From the NCBI GenBank assembly GCA_951406725.2, contig OX597840.1:23126001-23190000 (forward strand): a stretch of 64,000 nucleotides of DNA, written 5' to 3'. The notes beneath the pieces are model-generated. The model did no database searches. It was given only the letters and a program-made list of their open reading frames with translations, and was not told where the DNA came from. Below are positions 10,000 to 24,210 of this stretch, piece by piece. Within the stretch, counting starts at the first letter, position 1; the number at the start of each line of letters is the position of its first letter. This DNA is from Octopus vulgaris (lineage: Eukaryota). The translations under genes were made by a program, and so were the position numbers.

Positions 10000-12900
10000 C
10001 AATTTACGTTTCTATACACTTTACACAAATATTTGATTAAACAACTAAAACACTTCACATTTCGAACATGTACGTAAACTACTTCCATTCATACAAATCT
10101 AACTTTATTTTAACTCAAATTTCTATACATTTTACACACTCTGTCGCTATACTTGCATAAAAAATTTCTTTCAGCTGCTAATATTTCTTTCTTTTCCTTC
10201 CACGGTTAACATTTTTCCACATTTCATTCACATTACAATTTCTATCTTTAAGTAACTTTCACCCTTTCTTTTTCACATAAAATGCCACCGAAAAAGAGAA
10301 GTCGCCTCGGCCACCATACTGCAGCAGCAGCGGCGCAAAAGGCGATTATCGCAAACGAGTCTTCCGACAAAAAGGCTTTCAGACTTTCACAGAGCGCCTT
10401 ACGTTCAGCGCAATCACGAGCTGCTGAAAATTTACAACAGCGCAACGCACGCCTAGCAAAAATGGCTTTATATGATGCTGCTTCCAGGGCTTCAGATGGT
10501 CCGGAAACAAGGTCGAAGCGCATGGCCATAAAGGCTGCTGCTGCTGTTGCTGCACAAAGGGCCACTCGACTGGCTACAAACGCTGCGGCTACTGCTGCTT
10601 CAACATTTTCGGCTGCTGAAAATTTACAACAGCGCAACGCACGCCTAGCAAAAATGGCTTCATACGATGCTGCTTCCAGGGCTTCAGAGGGTCCGGAAAC
10701 AAGGTCGAAGCGCATAGCCATAAAGGCTTTTGCTGTTGCTGCACAAAGGGCTTCAGAGGACCCACAACAAAGGGCCACTCGACTGGCTACAATCACTGTG
10801 GCTACTGCTGCTTCAACATTTTCGACACATTCCCATGACTCAGACCAGCAACGTTCTACATTCCAGCGGAACAGTCAACGCCGCGAGGCTACCTGCGGTC
10901 TGACGAGTCCAAACAGCCCTTACTGGCATCTACAGGCTTTCAAGTATGAGCCCAACTTCAATTACTCGATGCACGCTGACATAAATATTCGGGAAATGTG
11001 CTTCAATTGCCATTTCTGCAATGCTAAAAAGTGGGCTGGGGAACCACCTGCAATGTGCTGCTTAAACGGTAAGGTCAGCTTGCCCCCTCTTCGGGAGCTG
11101 CCAGACCCTTTGAAGGAATTACTTACTGGTTCCACCTCAAGGTCATCAAAATTCCTTCAACTCATCAGGAAGTACAATTGTGCATTTCAGATGACTTCTT
11201 TCGGGGCTAACGTTGTCAGAGAAACTGGTTGGATGCCTACTTTCAAGGTCCAGGGCCAGGTGTACCACCTTATTGGGTCACTCCAGCCACTACAAAATTG
11301 CAAACCTTCGTTCCTTCAAATTTATTTCATTACAAATTACAATAGGCAACTTGATTTGCGTTTCGGCGTAATTCCACAACCTGCAAACACTGACGCTGAC
11401 AATTTCGACAGAGACGTGCTGCTCAGTCTGCAAAACATGCTTCATGACCACAACAGCTATATTCGCAGTTTCAAATACGCCTTGGAAACAGCCCCTTCAC
11501 CAACATTCACCATAGTCATCGATGCTGACAAAAGGCCTTCTGGGGAGCACGCGCGCCAATATAACGCTCCTTCATGCAATGAAGTGGCCATAGTTCTCCA
11601 TGGTGAACAGCACAATCAGCGGGACATAGTTCTTCAAAGTCACGACAGTGGTCTTCAGCGTATTAATGAGACGCATCGGTCATATGACGCCCTGCAGTAT
11701 CCCCTTCTTTTTCCGTATGGAGAAGACGGGTACCATTTCGGCATTCCTCACCACAAACCAAACGAGCCCTCGGCTGCGACATCTAAAACTGTTTCATGTA
11801 TGGCTTTTTACTCATACCGCTTCATGACAAGGCATAATGATTTCAACCCCCTGCACAGATCACGGGAACTGTTTCACCAGTTTGCAGTTGACATGGCTGC
11901 AAAGATGGAGTCCGAGAGACTGTGCTTATCAAATTGAATCAGAAGCAGCTGCGCTCAGACTCCTACATCCATTTGCGTGATGGCATCAGGAATGACACTG
12001 ACGTCCGCAATATCGGCAAAATGTGCATTCTCCCCTCAACCTATACAGGGGGCCCACGGTACATGCACGAGCGAACATAAGATGCTATGACTTACGTTCG
12101 GCATTATGGGCGACCCGATTTATTCATTACCTTTACATGTAATCCAAAGTGGGTTGAGGTAACGCGAGAACTTCTCCCAGGGCAGCAGTACTGTCATCGC
12201 CATGATATCATTGCAAGGGTTTTCAGGCAGAAACTGGCTAAGCTCATTCATTTAATAAAAAAAAGGGCAGGTTTTTGGACCTGTTAACTGCCACATGTAT
12301 ACTGTTGAGTGGCAGAAAAGAGGGTTGCCACACGCGCACATTTTGCTTTGGTTGGTCAACAAAATAGACCCAACAGTTCTTGATGATCTCATTGCAGCAG
12401 AAATTCCGGACCCAACTGTTGACCGGCAGCTGTACGACATTGTGAAGGCACACATGGTACACGGTCCGTGCGGTCCTGGTTTTCAAAAGTTCTCCTCATG
12501 CCACAAAGACCACGTGTGCACTAAACGGTACCCAAAGAGGTTCGTGGACGAGACCCAGACCGGCCGCGACGGATACCCACTGTAGAGAAGAAGGCACCCT
12601 GACAATGGTGGATTCACTATAACGTTACGGGGTCATCAAGTGGATAATAGGTGGGTAGTAACGTACTGTCCATTTCTGATGAAAACTTTTAACGCTCACA
12701 TAAATGTGAAGTTCTGTCATTCAGTCAAGTCTATAAAGTATATATGTAAATATGTTAACAAGGGTTCTGACGCTGCCATGTTTGGCCTTCAAAAGGACAA
12801 TAGCATGGACGAGGTGTCACAGTACTAGGCAGGTCGGTACATAAGCAGTGGTGAAGCTTTTTGGCGGATATTCGGGTTTCCACTTCACCAAAGGCACCCC

Positions 12901-15885
12901 GCCATCATACAACTAGCGATTCATTTGGAAAATGGCCAGTGAACTTACTTTACTGAACAGACTGCAGCTGAATTGGGGGCAAATCCAAAACAAACAACTT
13001 TGACCGGTTTCTTTAGGCTTTGCCAACTTGACACATTTGCTAAAACACTTTTATACCCTCAGGTCCCGTCCTACTATGTGTGGTCAAACAACAATTGGGT
13101 GCGTAGGAAGTTGGGTCAGGATGTTGAAGGACATCCTGGTGTCAAGTTTAACAGTTGTCTAGGAAGAGTCTACACTGTACCTCCAAACCAACATGAGTGT
13201 TTTCACCTGCGCCTTCTCCTCCATGAGGTTTTAGGCACACAAAGTTTTCAAGACATCAGAACTGTTAATGGTGTATTATGTGATACTTTCCGCGAAGCCT
13301 GTTTTCGGCGTCGACTTTCGGAGGATGATTCACAATGGGGCGCCACTATGGCGGAGGGTGTTTCATTAAAATCTCCTAAAAAAATCAGATCGCTTTTCGC
13401 TATTCTATTACTATGGTGTGACTTGGCTAATCCCGCCTCTTTATGGCTTACCTACAAAGATTATATGTCTGAAGATTTCCTGCGTCACGCTCAATCGCTA
13501 CATCCATCAATGGAGGTCGGGTACACTGACCTCATTTACAACAGGGCACTGCTTGAAATCGAAGATACTGTACTTGATATGGGTGGTAGTGCCTTGCCGG
13601 TCTATGGCCTACCTTCAACAAACCGGGAAGGCACAAACACTCTGTCTTCACATTTGCTGCGTGAGACATGTTTTAATGTTGACGAGCTTGCCGAGTACAT
13701 AGCCGACAATGAGCCAAAGCTCCTTCCAGAACAGAAGTTCGGGCCAAAGCTGGGGGGATTTTTTTCCTGGACGCTCCTGGGGGCAATGGGAAAACTTTTG
13801 TCAACAAATTAATATTGGCTGAGATTAGGCGAACACAAGGCATTGCCCTAGCTGTGGCATCATCTGGAATTGCGGCTACTTTGTTGCCAGGCGGCAGGAC
13901 AGCTCACTCTACTTTCAAGCTCCCGCTTGACTTAGTGAAGACTGAGACACCAACTTGCAACATCAGTAACAGCTCCGATCAGGCAGAAGTCTTCAGACGA
14001 TGCAAGCTTATCGTTTGGGATGAATGCACGATGGCCCACAGAGGTGCTCTTGAGGCACTAGATAGATCACTCAGAGACATCAAACACTCTTCACCTCCCA
14101 TGGGAGGCATAACACTTCTTCTTTCAGGGGACTTCCGACAAACACTTCCCGTTATTCCCAAAGGGACTAGAGCTGATGTAGTAAGTGCGTGTCATAAGTC
14201 ATCCACATTGTGGCCACTGGTGAAGACTCTCAAACTTCACACCAATATGCGTGCTCATATGCGACGTGATATATCTTCAGCAGCATTTTCTCACACCCTC
14301 CTTGCACTTGGCGAAGGCAAAATACCAGGGGATGAAAATGGTAATATTGCCATCGATTCCATTTGTACCATTGTTAAAACGCCTTCTGATCTCAGAGATG
14401 CAGTGTTCCCAGATCTACAAGCTAATTATCAGAATATGGATTGGATTGGCCAAAGGGCTATTCTGGCCCCGAGGAATAAAACTGTTCACCATATTAATGA
14501 TGAAATGCTAAAACTCATTCCTGGGGATGTCTATGTATATAAGTCTATTGATACAACTCCTGACCCAGAGGACGTCACCAATTATCCAATAGAGGTACAC
14601 AATTCCTTTGAGCCCCCGGACTACCACCACACATTCTCAAACTTAAAGTTGGTGCCCCTATAATGCTCATTAGAAATTTGGTTCCCCCAAAACAATGTAA
14701 TGGCACACGTTTGATCGTTAAGTCCTTATCTCCCAATCTGATTGAGGCCACCATTATCACAGGGTGCGGTCGAGGCAACGTTGTGCTCATACCTAGGATG
14801 CATCTTTTCCCATCAGGAGCAGACCTACCTTTCATATTTCGGAGGTCCCAGTTCCCAGTAAGGCCATGTTTCGCAATGTCAATTAAAAAAGCGCAGGGTC
14901 AAACACTGTCTGTGGTGGGAATACATTTGGGAGAGCCATGTTTCTCTCATGGTCAGCTTTATGTCGGCTGCTTGCGTGTCGGCAGCAACAGTGATGCTTT
15001 CGCATTCGTTCCACAGCGAAAAACAAAAGACATTGTGTACAAGGAGGTTTTATAGGATTACTACGTTTCATCATTTTCGAACACGTTAGTATTTCACTTA
15101 CATACGACTCTCTTTTATGATGGCATTTACATTTTTAGGCGTTTCATGATATTAATTCACACTTAACCAACACCTGTCCTTCGCTCACCTCTATTTCTAT
15201 CCATTCATCATCAAACCACCAGCCTCATCTTCTATATCCAACGTACATGACACATCTACCACCTACATCTACACTCTCACTGTTAAAGTTTACATAAGCG
15301 ACAACACGATCGCAACATACACTTTGGAAACTAAGCAACAGATCATTTTATACAACAACAAATTTAATCAAAACGCCCATCAATGAAAACATCTCCACCA
15401 CTGTGTTGTGATTCATCTAATCAGCACCACAACAGTCTTGCTGGTCTGACATATGTTGAGTAGATGCTATTGTTCTATATTTTATAAATTATCCATATTT
15501 ACTTACCCATGCTTCATTCCCCTCTTGTCTACATAGGAAATCCACTCTCTTTTAACACAGCATGAAGTTTTGTAACAGCACATCCGCTGCTGTTCATGCA
15601 AAACGAAGAGACCTTATTCACCTGCGAACGTTTTACATCGCCTTCCGTGACTATCAAATTCTTACAATTATGAGAACAATAACATGGCTCTTTTCAAGGC
15701 AACCTCGCATTCAATTCTTACACCATTCTACGAGGGGGTAGGAACCCTTTACACGGCTTTCTATACACTTACAAATACATTCATTCGCCGTAAACTTACA
15801 TCAATATTTGTCTGAATAATCATCATAATTCAGTGCAATCATTAACAGTACTTTCAAGCAATTCAGCCCCGAGCAATTCTGCTAG
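10000..15885 (+). mobile_element. Helitron (autonomous type, inactive); 3' end CTAG|T at 15885; 5' end not resolved, start approximate
   Basis: RepHel ORF followed by cccgagcaattctgCTAGt, homologous to the Helitron ends at 37532-37559 and 29946-29972. Confidence 0.8.
10282..15055 (+). pseudogene. Helitron Rep/PIF1 helicase (RepHel) polyprotein, multiply disabled
   Basis: Zn motif CHFC..CC. Rep motifs FITFTCNPKW, EWQKRGLPHAH (HUH) and KYICKYVNKG. Helicase motifs FLDAPGGNGKT (about 13765), WDEC, GDFRQTLP, KAQGQTL and HGQLYV. Stops or frameshifts near 11925, 12078, 12263, 12583, 12826, 12939, 13735 and 14620. Confidence 0.95.
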
Positions 15886-17034
15886 TTATTAATATTTTTT
15901 ATTGTATTTTGTATTTATATTTGTGTAACATCGTCTGTTTTTCCGTCCTTATTTTCGTATACATTCCATGCTTTCTTCCAAGAAATCTGATGCTCTGAGC
16001 TTAGTTTTTCCTTCGGGCTGGCCAGATTGGAGCAATTTCAAGATTAATCAGCCGAAATTGCGAGGATGATCTGGTTCTTTACTGGGGATAGAAAGCTTCG
16101 AATGACCCGTCCTTTCTTTTTCATAAAGGACCCGTTTGTACTTTGGTGTGAAATAATTTTTTCCACACGTTTTTTTGAGTGCATTCAAAGATGCTCAGTC
16201 CAAACCCACAACCCGCCACATTCTTCCGGAAAAGAAAGGGGGAGGGTGGTGGGGGACCTTGGAGTTTCCCACCAACAGAGTTTTGTTTTCTGGGTTATGT
16301 TACATGCTTTCAATGTATGTGACATTGAAATTACACGTAAACGGCTCCTTTCCTTAGAAAAAGAAAGATTCGGCCACTATTTCTTGCATGCCCTGCTACC
16401 ACCTAACTGCTATTTTGAGTCCTTTATCGTAAATAGCTGTTGTATGGTAACAGGGCATGCTAGAAATAGCAACCGAATCTTTGGAGATGAGATACATTGA
16501 ATGCACTTGAAAAAAAACTATGGAAAGAATTTATTTCAGTGAGGTTATGAAGAGGTCTTTTACGAAATATTTACAGTATTTCTGAAGCCATCTTCACTTT
16601 AAAATATTTTTTAAATATGCCAAAACAATTTTCGTAATGGTATTCAATTGAAAATAATAAAAAAATAAATAAAATTGCCTGTTTAAAGAAAGCTAAAATA
16701 TAAATAAAAAAAAGCAAAAATAGAAACATTTCCTGTAAAAACAACTTGTTTTGTTGGCAAGTTAGTCATAATGTGTCTAACCGAAAGGCTAGAAATTCTT
16801 CCTTTTCAGGGTTAAGTTATTTTTGGTGTATTTTCTCAATATGCACTGTTTTGGGTATTTATACCCCGCAAAACTCCTAATATCTCAAGAACCAGTTGTC
16901 CAATTCACGCGAAACTTGTTTTATTCCGTTTGTATTCACATTTTAGGAAAGTCTTAATTCTTAGTATTTTCCCCATTATGTGCCATTTTGGCTATGTAAC
17001 ATTGGAAGCAAGATTGAAGTTCATTTTTAATGTA

Positions 17035-17066
<32 letters not shown>

Positions 17067-17069
17067 ATA

Positions 17070-17170
17070 GGTCTGCCTACTTACAACTGCAATACAAGTA
17101 TTTAGTTGTGAATAAACCATTATACTTGGCACTTGTTGGCCAGGAGAAAGTCTTTGATAGAATTCCTCAG
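17070..17170 (+). pseudogene. Non-LTR reverse transcriptase fragment
   Basis: QLQYKYLVVNKPLYLALVGQEKVFDRIP resembles the RT motif QEKY...LYLAFVDLEKAFDRVP. Confidence 0.6.
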
Positions 17171-17282
17171 TTGGCCACACACCAAGGTTCAATAGAACCT
17201 ACTGAAGCAAGCCAACGTGCTTCTGGCATTATCACAGGCAAGAGCAAGAAGTCGACATTAAAGTTCGTACTGTTTTCAAATT

Positions 17283-17481
17283 TTGGCACAAGGCCAGCAA
17301 TTCCACTGGTGCGTGTGTGTGTTAAGTTAAATATGTCGATTCCGTTGCTTATTTCCATCAACCCCCAAAAGGAGGAAAGACAAAGTCCACCTTGGCAGAA
17401 TTTCAATGCAAATGTCATGTCAGAAGAACCACAGCTAAGCATTTTCCCCAATGTGCTAACGACCCTGCCAGTTCGCCACTT
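17283..17481 (-). mobile_element. Degenerate SINE family 2 relative
   Basis: aaagtccaccttggcagaatttcaa...gctaacgaccctgccagttcgccac is a diverged reverse complement of the 8775 head. Confidence 0.55.
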
Positions 17482-19176
17482 TAGTTTATTATTAATTACT
17501 AGTGGGACCCATGTAAATTCTACAGAATGAAAAAAATTAAGAGGACCTATTTAAGAAAGAGAGGATGATTTGCATTTTTATAGCATTCATAGTTTTAGCT
17601 TTCTTTGAATATACTTGGCATCTGTCTACATCCAATTCCTCACAACACCATCGGTGCCATCTTTTTCCTCTTTTTTATTATATCTTCTTAGTGTTCCATG
17701 CTCAAGATCTGTGCATCTTTTCTCAGGCAGCTTGCAACTGTGTCTCTTGTGAATCCATAGTTTAGGCTAAATTAATCCTTAGAAACAAATATCAATCTCT
17801 TAAGTGAGAAGACGATAAATAATTGCACAGAAGTGCAAGTGTTGAGTGATGGTCTCTATAAAAAAAAGAAATTCTTTTTCACTATCAACACACCACCACC
17901 ACCATCATCATCTATCTCTGTTTCTGTGCCTTTCTTTAATATCAACATCAGAACATCACCCTTCTGCTAAGATTATATTTCTAACTCTTCTCTATATCAC
18001 GAACTTCAGCTAGCTCTTTTAAACATAAAATAACTATTACATTCCCCCTCATCACATGTCATGCTTGCTTCTTTCTTAGTCTTTTTGTCTCTCCCTTTTC
18101 TTTCTTTCTCTATTTGTCTGATCATCTTATCTCTCTCTACCCCCCTTTTCTCTAATAACATGAAAGTGTTACTGATGAGTAACAGAACGAGAAGCAGAAT
18201 TATTATAAGATCACCTTACACTATTTCACCCTCCCTTCTCTCCACTACTGTCCCCACCCCTCATTTATTCCACTAATCTAATGAAAGCATAACAGCTGTA
18301 CAAACAAGCTGGTTATTATATATATACATAAATATTATTTTTGTCTGAGGTTTGGATAATATTTTTTGCAGAGTAGTTACATATCACATAAGGAGACTGG
18401 AAAACAGTTTGATAGTATTTATTCAGCATTACATGTGTTTCATTACCTAATAGGAATTACAAACTTTTAGACAAAGAGAAAACATGTAAAATATCTCTTA
18501 TAAGAAATTCTTCATACATACATATATACATGTGTGTGAGTATGCACAAGTGAGTGTATCCTTGTCGAGATATTATGTGATGTCCGTAAATGGCTATCAT
18601 GACCGTCATACTTGTGCAGTTCTTCATTTCCAGTCCTCTGCGTAAAATAAGTCTCACCAGGGAATATATTTCCTTGCTTGGGAACAGATGAAGATTGGTC
18701 ATAAGAAAGGTACCCAGATGTAGAAAATCTCCATCAATGAATTCTATTTGATCCACAGAAGCAAGAATAGGAGAATTTTAAATGATGAGGATCATCATCA
18801 TCGTGGTTTCTCTTCTGTATCAATGCATTTACATTTCAATAATTGATCCATTTTCATAGATTGATTTAGCACGAATAGCTTAGGTTAGTTATATCTTCAT
18901 ATTAATAGGACTGTGTACAAACAACTCACCATTTTGAAAGAATGATTCAGGTTTAACATCACAGTGATAGGTTTTCCTTCCTCTGTCAATGCTCTTTTGA
19001 TTCAAAAATGGATGATTTCATGTCAAAGATTTACTATAGATGTCACATTCATATAGTTTCTATATTCTGTGGATGTCTTTATGAGATACGTCCTTTGTCC
19101 TTCTGAGGAAATGTTGTACAACAAATATCACTGTGTTATGGACCCATTTCATAAGGAAAGACTTCTGTTTAAATCA

Positions 19177-19863
<687 letters not shown>

Positions 19864-20956
19864 TCAAGTTGTACAGATCAACAACTTTTCAATAATATTT
19901 CATGTGATTTTCTGAAAGAATAGAAAAAATAATATAAGACATAAAGTATGTTTAAAAGGCAGATATTCAAAAGTGCAAATTTACGACATTTGTGTTTTCA
20001 TAAATTGTAGAAGTAATTCTTTATCTGAACTGATGAGTAAAAAATTTAGCATAACATGGTATACACTGAAAACCACATCATTGGTAACTTATAAGCCAAG
20101 GTGATGGGTCAGAGCCAATACAAATTTCAATTTGTAGGTGATACAAAAATTTATTTCAATGAAAAGACAAAACCGTTTTCACTATGCACTCACCACCACA
20201 TCTGTCTGTGTGTATTATTTTTGTGGGAGGTTTGGATAATATTTTTTGCAAGGTAATTACATATCACATGATGAGACTGGAGAAAAGTTTGATATTATTT
20301 ATTCAGCATTACATATGTTTCATTTCCTAATAGGTATTACAAACATTTATAAGTAGATTAAAAATGTAAAAGATTTCCTATAAAAAAATCTTCGAACATA
20401 CATATGTGTGTGTATGTACCCTTGTCCAGATAGCACGTGATGCTCGTAAATGGTCATAATGAGTGTCATACAGATACAGTCCAATTCCAGTCTTCTGAGT
20501 CAAATATATCTCAGCATGGAAAATATGTCCTTGCCTAGAAACAGGTGAGGATTGGTGAAAGGAAAGGCATCCAGCTGATGAAAATCTCCATCAATGAATT
20601 CCATCTGATCCATTGAAGCATGGAAAAGTGAATGTTAAATGATGAGGATCATCATCATGATCATAGTTCGTCTTCTGTATGAATGCATTTACATTTCAAT
20701 AATTGATCCATTTTCATTGATTGATTTAGCACAAATATCTTGAGGTATAGATATATCTTTCATATTAATAGGACTGTGTACAAACAATTCACCCTTTTGA
20801 AAGAATGATTAAGCATTAATATCAGTCAATGCTCTATTGATTAGTTCATGAATGAGATGAAAGGAAAGATTTACTATAGATATCATATTCATAATATACT
20901 TTCCTTCATGGGTAGAGATTTTCCTCGGGGAATGTTATACAAGAAATATCACTGTG

Positions 20957-22162
20957 CTACGGATCCTTTGCATAACGAATGCACTTGTGTTTAATTAAGT
21001 GATGTTTTTGTGAGAATGATTTACTGCAGATATCACAATGATATGGCTTTACACCAGTATGAATAAGTTTGTGTGTCGTTAAAATACCCATTTCAGAGAA
21101 TGATTTGCCACAGACATCGCAATCATATGGTTGCTCACCTGTATGAATACGTTTGTGTGTAGCTAAGTTACCTGCCTGACTGAATGATTTACCACAGGTA
21201 TCACAGCGATATGGTTGTTCACCTGTATGAATGCGTTTGTGTCTAGTTAAATTACCTGTCTGACTGAATGATTTGCCACAGATATCACAGTGATATGGCT
21301 TCTCCCCTAAATGAATTAGTTTGTGTGTAGTTAATCTACTGCCAGCAGAAAATGATTTACCACAGGTATCACAGCGGTATTTTTTGTCACCTGTATGGAT
21401 TTGTTTGTGAATATCTAAGCTATAACTACGAGAGAATGATTCACCACAGATATCACAGGGATATGGTTTCTCCCCTGTATGAATACGTTTGTGTTTAGTT
21501 AAGCCACTCTTTTCAGTGAAAGATTTACCACATATATCACAAGGAAATGGTTTCTCTCCAGTATGGATACGTTTATGACGAGTTAAGCTACTGCTAACAG
21601 AGAATGATTCACCACAGATATCACAGGTATAAGGTTTCTCTCCTGTATGGATACGTATATGTCGTATTAAGTGACTGTCATTAGTGAATGATTTACCACA
21701 GATACTACAGTGATATGGCTTCTCCCCTGTATGAATACGTTTGTGTTGAGTTAAGCTACAGTTTTCAGGGAAAGATTTACCACATACATCACAAGGAAAT
21801 GGTTTCTCTCCTGTATGAATACGTTTGTGCCGAGTTAAGCTACTGCCAGCAGAGAATGATTCACCACAGATATCACAAGGATAAGGTCTCTCTCCTGTAT
21901 GAGTATATTTGTGTTGAGCTAGGTGACCATCATTCGAGAATGATTTACCACAGATACTACAGTGATATGGTTTCTCCCCCGTATGAATACGTTTGTGACG
22001 AGCAAAGCTACTCCTGTCAGACAATGATTTACCACAAACAGTACAGTGATATGGTTTCTCCCCTGTATGAATTTGTTTGTGTTGATTGAATTTACTTTCT
22101 TCTAAGAATGACTCTTTGCAGATGTCAAAGTCATATGATGAATTTCTTAATTCTTCCGACAT
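20957..22162 (-). CDS. G3: C2H2 zinc-finger protein, 14 finger positions
   Basis: 401-aa ORF with TGEKP linkers. First finger has C>F. Ends [10 protein letters not shown]. Acceptor at 22592-22591. Confidence 0.93.
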   Translation of the reverse strand: MSEELRNSSYDFDICKESFLEESKFNQHKQIHTGEKPYHCTVCGKSLSDRSSFARHKRIHTGEKPYHCSICGKSFSNDGHLAQHKYTHTGERPYPCDICGESFSAGSSLTRHKRIHTGEKPFPCDVCGKSFPENCSLTQHKRIHTGEKPYHCSICGKSFTNDSHLIRHIRIHTGEKPYTCDICGESFSVSSSLTRHKRIHTGEKPFPCDICGKSFTEKSGLTKHKRIHTGEKPYPCDICGESFSRSYSLDIHKQIHTGDKKYRCDTCGKSFSAGSRLTTHKLIHLGEKPYHCDICGKSFSQTGNLTRHKRIHTGEQPYRCDTCGKSFSQAGNLATHKRIHTGEQPYDCDVCGKSFSEMGILTTHKLIHTGVKPYHCDICSKSFSQKHHLIKHKCIRYAKDP

Positions 22163-23816
22163 CTCTTCAAGAAAAATATAATCAATCCTTCAAGTTGTAC
22201 AGATCAACAACTTTTCAATAATATTTCTCCTCTCACCAAAGTATACAGATGTTTTTCTTTTTGTTTTTATAGTTTATTCCAAACAAATATCACTTCTCTT
22301 ATATTTCTTCTAAACGTGATCTTTGTCAATATTTAGAAGTGCTGCAAATACTCTTTGGAAATCTATCAAAGTATATTTGAAAGAGAAAATTATCTCTTGC
22401 ACATTTCAGACATAGAAGTAAAGAAATGCTTTCTCTCTCAGAGGAAATATTTTACTGTAATTCAGCAATGTTTTATAGAAGCAGGATTATATGTTTGTAG
22501 AATATCTTTGCAGAGTCTTTCAAACATGATACATATTGATGATTCTATAAAAGTAAAAAAATACTTTTTAGCCAATTTCATGTGATTTTTCTGAAAGAAT
22601 AGAAAAAATAATATAAGACATCAAGTATGTTTAAAAGGCAGATATTCAAAGTGCAAATTTACAACATTTCTGTTTTCATTAATTATAGAAGCAATCCTTT
22701 ATCTGAACTATTATATTTATCCCATCTATTTTCAAGAAGTTTATATCAGGGTGTAGACACATGTATTATAATAACATCTCCTGGACATTAATTCTGTCAT
22801 AGACACACACACATACCAATATATATGTCAATGACACTAGACATCGGATGGTTTCATCTGAAGGGTGTTTTGTCCAGTGTCTGAGTATGCTTGGGTCTAG
22901 TTAGGCAACTACTAACAGAGAATGATTTACCCCTGATGTCACAGTGATATGTTTTTGCCCTACCCCCAAATATACACGGCCTCGCTTGGTTGGGGTGCGA
23001 GTAAAAATTTTAATCAGCATCTTTTTTCCCTTTGCTTATATCCCAGCAATGGACTAGGCGTGTGTTACTTTGCCATTATCATGACATAAAATGACGGCAT
23101 AACTACAGATCAGTACCCCATTCACTTTGTTGCCTCGTAACTTCCACGTAAATGGATGGTTTTTAATGAAATTTTCAAGAAATCTCGTTTAGGTTAAGAA
23201 TATATGGGATTTATGTGTAAGAATTTTTCCGAGGGAGTGGGAAGTATAAAAATGTGAAACCACACTTAAAACCATTCTCAGTGACATTTTGATTATTATT
23301 ATAATGTCTATATATTTTAATGGACATAAAAATGTTTATAATGCTTCAAGTATGGAAAATTAAATTATTGGTGACTGATTTGAGTAAACTAAATTTCACA
23401 AGGCGATAGTTTTTAAACAACAGCGATCAGCCTTCATTTTATATGTCGTGTCGATATATTTTTACCATTTTTTTTATATCTTCACTACTAATTTTTGGAG
23501 TAAAAGATTATATAAACGGATTTTTATATTTATTTTTGGTCAAATTAGGTACTTTCTAGTGTTTCAATTCAAAGCCCTTTCATTTCGTCTGTAAAAGATA
23601 TTGCCTTTTCGTTTCAGTAACTCAAGTACACAATCGTACTTTTATACTTTCCCCACCTTTTGTTACAAATTACATCGTAATTATTAAAATAACAGCCTTA
23701 CTTTCATATAATTTCTTCTTTGTTTGGTGAGATTCTCTCTTTTAACTTATTTAACACATGGAAACAAACAGATGTACGTAATATGATACTAAATACAATA
23801 GAAATGTCTTTATAAT

Positions 23817-24070
23817 ACTTACATAGTAATTGATATAAAGAGAGAGTCAACGAGTCAGAGCGGACACTGACAGCTTCAAGAGAATTTCTTCCTTTTTCCA
23901 ACGAACGTTACTTCATATTTTTCACGTCCACATAATCGTAAATGCTGTATCTGTTTCTTTAGACAGTTAATTACCAATCATTTGTATATATTTGATTGGA
24001 TTTTCTCTTAAATATCAGTCGTAAAGTGGAACTGATCAAACAATCAAGGTGCGTTAGAAACAGGTGCAAG
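23817..24070 (-). promoter_or_regulatory. Candidate promoter and non-coding first exon (paired CCAAT, donor GTAAGTAT)
   Basis: ccaat at 23974 and attgg at 23995. Minus-strand GTAAGTAT starts at 23822. The donor motif is conserved at 29614, 38123, 52431, 54476 and 58156. Confidence 0.45.
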
Positions 24071-24210
24071 AATTAAAGAAAATTAGGAAGAGTTAACAAG
24101 GGGAACTAACTCTATTCTTTAAATATTTTCGGCTTTACTTTATAGATTTGATATTTTTTGAAAGCGTTTCTTTGAAAATTCTTCCTCATAAATCACTATT
24201 ATTGTGGGTA

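Noticed and set aside
9007-10281. 5' TC terminus of the large Helitron
   Set aside because: Several TC candidates and no empty site to choose among them, so it was left unassigned.
10248-10796. 182-aa Ala-rich minus ORF
   Set aside because: Antisense of the GCT-rich Helitron N-terminal repeat.
22355-22585. Recurrent ORF MEIYQSIF... (also 50774, 61923)
   Set aside because: Antisense to the duplicated leader, with a non-ATG start and variable ends. Recent duplication explains it.
23704-23901. ORF MEKGRNSLEAV... (also 29490) as an N-terminal effector exon
   Set aside because: It has a non-ATG start, runs across the predicted donor, and is not kept open in the other copies.
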